A stretch of DNA of 64,000 bases from Leptolyngbyaceae cyanobacterium. GTDB lineage: Bacteria > Cyanobacteriota > Cyanobacteriia > Phormidesmidales > Phormidesmidaceae. Numbering within the stretch: position 1 is the stretch's first letter; each line of letters begins with the position of its first letter. This document shows positions 20,505 through 29,300 of this stretch, piece by piece. The stretch is taken from positions 960,001 to 1,024,000 of the forward strand of contig CBDHHL010000056.1 of NCBI GenBank assembly GCA_965263355.1, in the 5' to 3' direction. Made by a program: the position numbers and the translations under genes. The notes beneath the pieces were generated by a model. It had not been told where the DNA came from. It searched no databases and saw only the letters and a program-made list of their open reading frames with translations.

Positions 20505-21362
20505 TCATTCTTGATAGCGGTTGTACAAAGTTTGAATTTGTGAATATATCTTTTCTCTTACACTCTCTGGACCAATCACTTCACAGTCTCCGCCATAGGG
20601 GAGTACTTCTCGTATAAACCAAAAGGTACTGGTAATTTGTCGGATCACCTGGCGTACCTGGGGTTTATCGGGTAACCATTCCACTGAGATATCTCTGCTT
20701 TTTTTACTTCGGTAGGCAAAGGCAAGACCTTTGTATAAGTGCATTTCCACCTTGAGGGTATCTAAATCATCGCGCCAGGGGCCTTTAATGGCGCTGATAG
20801 CGGCATCGGTAATGCGATCTAGTCGTAGGGTGCGGTTATGAATGAGTTCAGGGACATCTTGGGAGCCTTCGGTTTCTTCGCACCAGCAGTCGAGATACTG
20901 CCGTTCGTCTCTGGGGACGATACGGGCATGGCGGATGGTGAAGTGCCAGATGATGTCTCGGGCGTCTTGATAGGAGAGTTGAAACGGCTGCTGACGATTT
21001 ATGTAACGTTCGATATCGATGCGCCAGGGATGTACGTGACTGGTTACGAATTGTTCTAGTTCGTTACGCAGGGGTATGGTGAGTTCGCTACGGCTACACA
21101 ATAGCTGTGTAATCGTGATGGCATCTGCGATTTTGCCTGCATCGACCAGGGTCAGGCGGGCTTGGTTGAGGGCTTCGATGCGTTCCGAGGACCAGTCATG
21201 GTTAGGGGCAATTTTAAGGTCTTTGCGGGCGATGGCTTCGACGAGTTTGGAGATGTTAGGGCGCTCCCCCCAGGTCATGTTGTATTCGAGCGCGAGTGCT
21301 TCGAGCAGCGCTTTGTCGCGTTCTGAAATAGAAAGGGTAACAGATTGGCCTCGACGTCCCAT
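20505..21362 (-). CDS. CRISPR-associated WYL-domain regulator (Sll7009-like)
   Basis: RHH-like N-terminus, QYLDCWC..NRTLRLDRI WYL core and WCX tail; divergent from the cas genes. Confidence 0.88.
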   Translation of the reverse strand: MGRRGQSVTLSISERDKALLEALALEYNMTWGERPNISKLVEAIARKDLKIAPNHDWSSERIEALNQARLTLVDAGKIADAITITQLLCSRSELTIPLRNELEQFVTSHVHPWRIDIERYINRQQPFQLSYQDARDIIWHFTIRHARIVPRDERQYLDCWCEETEGSQDVPELIHNRTLRLDRITDAAISAIKGPWRDDLDTLKVEMHLYKGLAFAYRSKKSRDISVEWLPDKPQVRQVIRQITSTFWFIREVLPYGGDCEVIGPESVREKIYSQIQTLYNRYQE

Positions 21363-21508
21363 GGGGTTACTACTTTGGTCTAGAACTTATACTTTTACCT
21401 GGCTTGTACGTACACTTTAATCTAAAATGAGTTTATTTAGCCTTGACTGTCCAAATTATCGATGACAGTATAGGTATATTCAAGTCGTCAAGTACAGTTT
21501 ATAGACTT

Positions 21509-22528
21509 ATGACGATACAACCTTCAGGTGACTACCAAAATTTACTCGGTGACGTCAAACAACGCATCCGCTCAGCGCAATATGATGCTTTGAAATCGGT
21601 CAATCGTGAGCTGATTGCCCTGTACTGGGAAATTGGGCAGATGATCGTCACTCGTCAGCAAACTACGGGTTGGGGGCGTTCGGTGGTGGAGCAGTTATCA
21701 AAAGACCTCCGGGCAGAGTTCCCAGGTATTAGTGGGTTCTCGGCTCGTAATATTTGGAGAATGAGGGATTTCTATCTTAATTATCGTACTAATGAAAAAC
21801 TGCCACCATTGGTGGCAGAAATTGGCTGGACCCACAATTGTGTCATTTTAGAAAAATGTAAGGATGATTTGGAGCGTGAGTTTTACCTGCGCATGACGCG
21901 TAAATTTGGTTGGACGAAGAATGTTTTAATTCATCAAATTGATAATAAGACCTATGGGAAAACTCTCACGAGTCAGACTAACTTTGATGGAGCTTTACCT
22001 GAAGAGATTCGAAATCAAGCCAAGCTTGCTGTAAAAGACGAGTATACGTTTGATTTTCTAGAGCTAGCCGATGAACATAGTGAACGGCAGCTAGAGCAGG
22101 CCATTTTGAGTAAAGTTGAACCCTTTCTAAGAGAAATGGGTGGCATGTTTACGTTTGTGGGTAGCCAGTATCGCCTGGAAATCAGTGGTGAGGAGTATTT
22201 TATTGATCTGTTGCTCTATCATCGGACTTTGAAGTGTTTGATTGCGGTAGAGCTGAAGATTGGGAAGTTTTTACCAGAGTATGTGGGCAAGATGCAGTTT
22301 TATTTGGCTGCCTTGGATGCTCGGGTGCGGTTGCCGGATGAGAATTCGGCGATTGGCATCATTCTTTGTAAATCGAAAGATCGGACCATCGTAGAGTATG
22401 CGCTGCGGGAGTCGAATAAGCCAATTGGGGTGGCCACATATCAGATTGTGTCAGCGGTGCCTCCAGAGTTGGAGGGGCAGCTACCGGCACCGGAACAGAT
22501 AGCGAAATTATTGGGAGATGTTAATTAA
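21509..22528 (+). CDS. DUF1016 / YhcG PD-(D/E)XK nuclease-domain protein
   Basis: LYWEIG, GFSARN..MR.FY, FIDLLLYHR..VELK and GKMQFY. Confidence 0.9.
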   Translation: MTIQPSGDYQNLLGDVKQRIRSAQYDALKSVNRELIALYWEIGQMIVTRQQTTGWGRSVVEQLSKDLRAEFPGISGFSARNIWRMRDFYLNYRTNEKLPPLVAEIGWTHNCVILEKCKDDLEREFYLRMTRKFGWTKNVLIHQIDNKTYGKTLTSQTNFDGALPEEIRNQAKLAVKDEYTFDFLELADEHSERQLEQAILSKVEPFLREMGGMFTFVGSQYRLEISGEEYFIDLLLYHRTLKCLIAVELKIGKFLPEYVGKMQFYLAALDARVRLPDENSAIGIILCKSKDRTIVEYALRESNKPIGVATYQIVSAVPPELEGQLPAPEQIAKLLGDVN

Positions 22529-22551
22529 TCAGCGCACTACAATAAAGCTCT

Positions 22552-24729
22552 ATGTATAGCATTACCTTAAAGCCAGTCTATTCATGTCCTGCTCAACAAC
22601 TGCCTGATGGAGTTATTTTGCCTGATGGCTGGGAGTCTTTGGCTTGGCATCAGGTCGAGACCTTTAAAGCACTCAACGATCCTGATGTCGATGTTGTTTT
22701 TAACACAGCAATGACCGGAGATGGTAAGAGTTTAGCTGCCTATCTCAAGGTATTTCAGGAGTATTACTGTGCTCTAGGTCTTTATCCCACCAATGAGTTA
22801 GCCAGAGATCAAGAAAATCAACTGCTGGAGAATATCCAAAAATTTAAGCCATCCCATAGGCCAAGAGTAAATCGTCTGAGTAGTGCTGAGTTAGAGATTT
22901 ATGCAGAAACTGAAGGGTTGACTAAAGCTGGGTCCATAGGAACACTAACAAACCAATCCGAAGTCATCGTCACTAACCCTGATATCCTGCACTACATTTA
23001 CCGGGGTGCCTATGTAATGAAACAGGACACGCCAGATAAGCTATGGAATCGGATTGACCGAAATTTTGACTTATTTATCTTTGATGAGTTTCATATTTTT
23101 GCGGCACCCCAAGTGGCCAGTGTTATCAACACGCTGTTGTTAATTCGATTGACCAATCGGCCTAAAAAGTTTTTATTCTTGTCTGCGACGCCTGATGAAC
23201 AACTTGTGGGACGCCTGAGAACTGCTGGGTTTCGTTGTCAGGTGATTGATCCACAGAAAGAGAACAAATATAATTTTCCAGATAGTGCTGAACAAGCTAT
23301 TGAGTTAAATGGTAAACACTGGCGGCAAATTGCCAGGGCTATAGATCTAAACTTTGTAGCAGTTGAATCGACGTCTAAAGCATCGGAAACCTGGATCAAA
23401 GAGAATTCAGAACAAATTCTGCAGCATTTTCAACAAGGTCCTGGCACTAAGGGGGCAATCATTCTGAACTCTATTGCTTCAGTTAAGCGGCTGGTACCTT
23501 TTCTACAAAACTTGTTTCAGCCCCATGGATTGACTGTTGGTGAAAATACAGGACTTTCAGGTAAAGAAAAACGAGCGCAATCTTTAGAGGCTGATTTGGT
23601 TATTGGTACCAGCACCATTGATGTGGGTGTGGACTTTAAGATTAACTTTTTAATTTTTGAATCAGCCGATGCTGGTAATTTTATTCAGCGATTGGGGCGA
23701 TTGGGCAGACATGATGGCTATGTGAAAGCAGGCAAGGAAATTGCATTCAATGGGTTTACCGCCTATGCCCTGATTCCTCAGTTCTTTGCAGAACGGCTAT
23801 TTACAAAAGGAGACCAGCCACCACTTAAAACGGGTAAGAGTTATGATCGTCAGTCTTTGCACAACATCATCAGAGACAATTATCGAAATATCAACGACTT
23901 TCAGGGTTATTATTCTCGCTGGGGTGCTTATCAGTCCCTGGCATTGGGTAAGAAGTTGGCCGACAAGAAAATTCAAGAACAGTATGCAGGTAGTTTAGCG
24001 GTCTTTCAAGCAACCTGTGAAAAGGTTTTTAATCGTCGCTTTAAGGAATTGTCCGGTCGGGCTAGCAGTTGGCGCAAAGACTGGCAGGCATTATCCGGGA
24101 AGAAAGATGGAAGTAACCCTATTTTTGAAGATGCCTGTAGTTTTCGAGGGGCTAGTCCGCTGCAGTGTGGACTATATGATCTGACTGAAGAAAACCCAGT
24201 GGATCGGTATAAGACCTATTCACTACCGGGCATCCTCAGCAATTTAGAGGTAGAGGTATGGACAAAAGCTGCATTTTTGAGATCCCTCAAAGAAACGGTT
24301 AAAGCGACTGGACAGTCGATACCCAAAGGCAGATTTGAACATTGCCTGATTTTTCTAAAGCTCCGTGCCTACCGTGAAGAACGATTGGATTGGAAGTTTA
24401 CGTATCCAGGTGAACTGACTAAGCAGACTAATCAGGTACAGGTACTGACAGGACTTGAAATCTGGCAACCTGATAACCCATGGGCCAGCAGTGTTAATAA
24501 AAAGCTACGGAATCAAGGAATAGTCTGCTATGGCCTTCATAAACCTGTTCAGGAAGTACGGCATAAGCTGCGACTACCAATGCATTTTCAGCTTTATTCC
24601 ATCAGCGATCACTATAGTTATCACGATCCTAAAGCACCGTATTCAATAGCCTTTGGGCAAAGCGCTTTGATGCTGGATACACTGACTGGCTGGCTCAAGC
24701 ACAAGAGCAGTGAACCACTTATTTTTTAG
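22552..24729 (+). CDS. cas3: Type I-D helicase Cas3'
   Basis: TGDGKS, DEFH, LSAT and QRLGRLGRH; no HD domain; I-D context. Confidence 0.93.
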   Translation: MYSITLKPVYSCPAQQLPDGVILPDGWESLAWHQVETFKALNDPDVDVVFNTAMTGDGKSLAAYLKVFQEYYCALGLYPTNELARDQENQLLENIQKFKPSHRPRVNRLSSAELEIYAETEGLTKAGSIGTLTNQSEVIVTNPDILHYIYRGAYVMKQDTPDKLWNRIDRNFDLFIFDEFHIFAAPQVASVINTLLLIRLTNRPKKFLFLSATPDEQLVGRLRTAGFRCQVIDPQKENKYNFPDSAEQAIELNGKHWRQIARAIDLNFVAVESTSKASETWIKENSEQILQHFQQGPGTKGAIILNSIASVKRLVPFLQNLFQPHGLTVGENTGLSGKEKRAQSLEADLVIGTSTIDVGVDFKINFLIFESADAGNFIQRLGRLGRHDGYVKAGKEIAFNGFTAYALIPQFFAERLFTKGDQPPLKTGKSYDRQSLHNIIRDNYRNINDFQGYYSRWGAYQSLALGKKLADKKIQEQYAGSLAVFQATCEKVFNRRFKELSGRASSWRKDWQALSGKKDGSNPIFEDACSFRGASPLQCGLYDLTEENPVDRYKTYSLPGILSNLEVEVWTKAAFLRSLKETVKATGQSIPKGRFEHCLIFLKLRAYREERLDWKFTYPGELTKQTNQVQVLTGLEIWQPDNPWASSVNKKLRNQGIVCYGLHKPVQEVRHKLRLPMHFQLYSISDHYSYHDPKAPYSIAFGQSALMLDTLTGWLKHKSSEPLIF

Positions 24730-24841
24730 TTTCAGTCCCGGTTTTCGGGATTAGGGATGTCGATAGAAATGAAACAGCTTTCGCCATTAAGTACAGACAG
24801 ACGTGTTTCAGTCCCGATTGTCGGGATTTATATTAACTTCG
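24729..24841 (-). CRISPR. One-spacer mini-array (CreA/CreR-like) with two degenerate repeats
   Basis: Minus-strand repeats ...AAATCCCGACAATCGGGACTGAAAC (24805-24841) and ...TAATCCCGAAAACCGGGACTGAAAC (24729-24765) keep the hairpin and 8-nt handle of the main repeat; ~39-nt spacer at 24766-24804. Confidence 0.9.
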
Positions 24842-24912
24842 ACAAATTGACCTATCGAACTCTATCAACCAATTTCAATCATATATGGTTTAAGCAATCA
24901 AAGATTGAAAAG

Positions 24913-24933
24913 GTAACGTCAGTCTTAACTTAA
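24913..24933 (+). promoter_or_regulatory. PAM (GTA) plus partial protospacer for the mini-array guide
   Basis: GTA-ACGTCAGTCTTAACTTAA versus guide ACGTCTGTCTGTACTTAA: 15/18 matches, mismatches at 6, 11 and 12. Confidence 0.75.
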
Positions 24934-25032
24934 CATATTTAGAAAAAGGTATTGCTATCGGCTATCGATTAAGTTAGCTTCAGATTGTCAGAGGAAGTAA
25001 TTCATTCGTATTAGTTAACTAGGAGTATATCA

Positions 25033-25233
25033 ATGCGACGAATCAAGACGAAAGGAAAAATTGATCTCTTATTAAAGGTACTTTCCGATCACGAATGGCA
25101 TTGGGGAGAAGAGCTTGCTACTAAAGTAGGATGGCGATTTGGTGCAACAGTTAAAACAGCAAGAGACAAAGGATATCAAATTGAAAGTGAGCGTGTTGGT
25201 CTTCAGTGGAGGTATCGACTATTGAGAGATTAG
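25033..25233 (+). CDS. Small winged-HTH protein (BirA N-terminal/HTH_11-like)
   Basis: LL.VLSDHEWHWGEELA...GYQIES..YRL; SD AGGAG upstream. Confidence 0.75.
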   Translation: MRRIKTKGKIDLLLKVLSDHEWHWGEELATKVGWRFGATVKTARDKGYQIESERVGLQWRYRLLRD

Positions 25234-25294
25234 CTAAAACTTAGATTAAAGTAGCTCTTCGCGAATAACTGTTCCATAAGTTGAAGAGCTCCAC

Positions 25295-25431
25295 AAGGAA
25301 GCCTGATTAATAGCTTTCGGCGTTAAGAACAGGCAGACGTAGTCTAAACCCCCTCGCTTTTTGATAGCAGGCTGGTTAAGTCTTAAGAGCTGATGAACTG
25401 ACTCGAATTTGCAAAGTTCTCAGGCTTCCTT
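25295..25431. ncRNA. Candidate structured RNA closed by a 12-bp stem and containing the guide complement
   Basis: AAGGAAGCCTGA (25295-25306) / TCAGGCTTCCTT (25420-25431) perfect inverted repeat with internal hairpins. Confidence 0.45.
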
Positions 25432-25468
25432 TCTTATAGTTTCAGTCGATGAGTACCTCAAGTGAAAC

Positions 25469-25911
25469 ATGTTTATTCAAAGCCTTGAGAATCTGTATTC
25501 CAAAGTGCCAAAGATTTTAGAGCAAGTTCCCTATCTCAAGCTATTAATACTTTTTGGGTCTAGGGCAAAAGGTGACAATACATCCAACAGTGATTGGGAT
25601 TTTGCTTTTCTATGTGATGAAAATGAGCGTTCTCATTATGAACAAGGTGGTTGGGATAACTTCAGGATCAGTAGCTTGTTAGGACAGGTACTTGAACTTC
25701 CTAGTCATGCTATAGACATCGTGGATCTTAACGAGTGTCCTGAACTTTTAGCCCATCAAATAGCTCAGGACGGAAGGTCATCTACGAAAAAGAACCCAGC
25801 GAGTTTGAACGGTTTCGACAAAGCCATCTAAAGAGTCCAGAGCAAATACAGCAAATAGGACAAGACTTAAGTTCAAGCATTCAAGAGCGTCTACGACAGT
25901 GGAGTGCATGA
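25469..25911 (+). pseudogene. mntA: MntA-type adenylyltransferase antitoxin, frameshifted near 25775
   Basis: LFGSRAKG...SDWDFA motif; the expected continuation KVIYEKEPSEFERFRQ...QWSA* is in another frame and its TGA overlaps the hepT ATG. Confidence 0.75.
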
Positions 25912-26348
25912 CAATGAATTTTAACTCTGTTCGTTTCAGACTTAACTTGATTCTGGATTATCTAGAAGAGCTGAGACCGCTTGGAACAGTGACGTTTGAT
26001 GAATTAACTGATGATCGATACAAATATCGTTCTGCTGAACGATTGTTGGAAATCATTATCCAGGCTGCCATTGATATCAACAACCATCTGATATCAGGAC
26101 TGAGCAAACGACGACAGGCATCAAATACCGACAATTTTCTGGAAATGGCTAAATTAAATATCCTGACTCCAGAAATAGCGCAAGATTTATCGGCCTCCAG
26201 CAATTTTCGAAATCGTTTGGCCCATGAATATTACAGCATTGATCCATCCATTGTTTTTCAGTCCATTACTAAAGCTTTAGAACAATATCCACAGTACGTG
26301 CAACAAGTGCTTGAATTTGTAGACAACTTTGAGATGAATGATGAGTAA
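25908..26348 (+). CDS. hepT: HepT-type HEPN RNase toxin (DUF86)
   Basis: AERLLEIIIQAAIDI and intact R-x4-H motif FRNRLAHEY. Confidence 0.88.
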   Translation: MTMNFNSVRFRLNLILDYLEELRPLGTVTFDELTDDRYKYRSAERLLEIIIQAAIDINNHLISGLSKRRQASNTDNFLEMAKLNILTPEIAQDLSASSNFRNRLAHEYYSIDPSIVFQSITKALEQYPQYVQQVLEFVDNFEMNDE

Positions 26349-29300
26349 TAATCTCAACGACGATAATCTTGATTGGTTAGATGACGATATTGGGGATGAA
26401 CAGTCGTCTAACCGAACGATTGAACCCACTCAGCGTGAGCTTCTGACCTTAAAGCTTTTACGCTCCGCGATTCACACACAGAATCCTGATGATGCCGTAA
26501 TGCAGGATTTTGCTGAGTATGTATTACCTAACTTGTTGAAAATTACCATTGGCGTTACGGCTAAGGGAGGTAAGTTTTTTGACAAGTTAGATCAAGAAAA
26601 GGGGAAAGAAAACGTTCGGCGTGATAATGCAGCGGATCAGTCTCTGAATACTCACTTGCTTAATGGTTTATTTCCAGCAAATCTAATCGAACAACGGCTT
26701 GAACAACTGGATACAACGATTCAACGATTAGTGCGAGAGCAAGAGCGTCGTTTGGTCATGGCGGCTTTTATTCTGCATGATTTTGAGAAATTTCCTGATG
26801 TTGATGGTGAGATTAGAAGCTTGCCTGGTGAAGAACGTCTAAAACAACATCGTCAGGTTATCGACAAAAAAATACAACAGCTTGGGCTAGATCACTTTAT
26901 TAATCCCCAAAATCCAACGGCATACCGAGAGTATCTGGATGATCTGTTATGTATGGCTTACAACGCCCAAAGACGTTGGGATACGAATTGGAATTTTTCA
27001 GAATATGGGTTGCAGCCAGTCTTAAAAGACAAAATTTTGCGAAATTTGACTGAGTTAACCTGTTTAGCTGATTCCTTGGCATCCATCATCAAACATCCCC
27101 AAGATGCCACCAGTTATAAGTTCAAAGAACTACTCCATAGCTTGAGTGACGGACAAATCAGCCTTACCTATCATAGCATTTCAGAAAACAGGGGGGTGTT
27201 GACCAACGTAGTCAATAATGCCGTTATGGATGCCCATATTGCGCTCAATACCCCAGATAAAAAGCATTATGAACCGCTACTCTATCTACCAACTGGGGTT
27301 ATTTATCTGGCCTATGGGAAACCACCTCCGGTGGCACTTAATGATTTGCCTGAGCGGGTGATCGCCAAAATCAAACAACTCTGTTTTGAACAGCTAAGAC
27401 GTCGCCAAACTGGTTTTAGTCGGGATGGTAAAGGCATGAAATATGCCGACTACTACACGCTTTTCTGTGACACTCGGCAGTTAATGTACATCGCCTTAGA
27501 TGCCACCCTCAGAATCTTATCTAACAATAAAAAGTCTGTTGGTCCTAGCCGCAGTGCAAAACTCAAAACGTTTCAAGAAAAAGGTGCTCTTTCAGCGGAT
27601 TATGATTTTCAACTGGGGGATGATATTCGGATTGATCAGCTAGCTGAGTTCGGCGATGTGATTTGCCGTAAAGTGTGGGGTGAGCGATGCGATCTCATCC
27701 AAACCCTATACAAAGAAAGAACCAAAAAACGGAAGAAAAACAAAGACTTATCAGAACTTCCGGAGTTAAAGCTATTGCCTGAACAACTGGTTATCAAGCT
27801 GGCTGAGTTTTTAGGTCTATCAGAGTATCTACCGCAACTCCGAGAAATCCAGACTATTAACGCTACTCTAAAAGAGAAAAAAGTCAAAGGCAGTACCGGT
27901 GGCATTCCCTACGAATGGTATTTTATCTCCACTAAACTAATTCAGGGTTCAGGTATCGAAAATATTCGAGAGATTGCCGAGAAAATTATTGACCATGCTG
28001 CAAACTTAATTGAGCCTGTTATCGCCCAATATGAAGTTGCTGATGGCTGGGATGACTTAAGATCTTGGGTAAATCAAGTGGTGATGCTGCCACAGGCCAC
28101 CATAACTAAAACACCCAAAGATCAGACCGATATCTTTCTAAAGGAATTGGCCAGCTATCAGGTGGCCAAAAAAGTTGGACGTGGCAAACTAGCGATTTGC
28201 TCAGTCTCCCATTCTGCCTACTCTGTAAAAGAGCAAATGGAATCAGAGGTATTATTTACTCCCCAGGTGTATACCAATAAACAGCTACTGGGTGGTTCTA
28301 ACGCGAAACGCAATATTTCCAGCATTGCAGGGTTAGAAATGATGCTACGTCAGATTCTAATGAACCAAACTCAAGCAGTGGGCAAACGGTTTGAAGATGG
28401 CAAATATCGTTATCTCTACTTTTACCCTACCTACTACTTCACCCCGGAAACCAGTCGTTTCTTACAAAAAGCTTATACAGGCATTGCCCAAACTCGATTT
28501 AGTACCAATCTACGCAATCACTTTATCTCTAAGGATTTGGTCGTTGATTTTAGTCGTGAGCACTATCAGGCGGTTGATTCATTCTTGATCGATGATGATT
28601 TAGAGCGCAAGACAACCTTACCTGAAGATGATCCAGACTATAAACGCGATCGCACCTTTAAACTCTCTTACCCAGACGATCAGCCATTAACCTTTTTCTT
28701 TATGGCATTGCCACCGGGACGAGACCCCACCGATACCGAATCTTGGGTAATGCCAGCCTGGTTAGCCTTTGCTAGTCCAATGATTCTGGATGTCAAAACC
28801 GTGGTCTCAGAATCTCCTGTCCCCCCATTTAATGATGGTGCGGAGTTTGAAGAAAGTGTCTTTTTGGATAGTGCCCCCCAAGCCTTTAGAGCCCTACTCA
28901 AACAGGATAGGTTCCGGTTAGATTACATCCTTGAAGGTTGGCAAACCCCAGACGGCACCCAGCAAGCTTCTCCCCTTAATGCCTTAACCAGTGCCTATGC
29001 AATTCACCTGGATGTGAATGCCAAACAAGGTAAGGGAGGATATGACGCTAACTGGGGCAAGTTGACAGAGCTAGCCAAAGATTTAGAAACCAGTCCGCTC
29101 TATGTATTCAATTACTTAAATCGTTGGCTTCGTAATCAGAAAAAAGAATCTATACGTATAGAAAAGATCAAACTCTATGCCTACCACTTTTATCCCTGTT
29201 TTGACCCGCATACAAAATTAATCGTACTTGACTTGGAGGAAATGCTTGTGTGTGACGAGAAATCTGCGCTGAGACATCCGCAAAGACTGACCGAATTGTA

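Noticed and set aside
25295..25431. Retron msr-msd or IscB omega/HEARO RNA identity for the structured element
   Set aside because: No reverse transcriptase or IscB/TnpB gene in the window; similarity is limited to a terminal inverted repeat and short words
25385..25468. CTGATGA and GATGAG...GAAAC resembling hammerhead ribozyme cores
   Set aside because: No properly placed stem II plus GAAA after CTGATGA, and the second motif lacks CUGA
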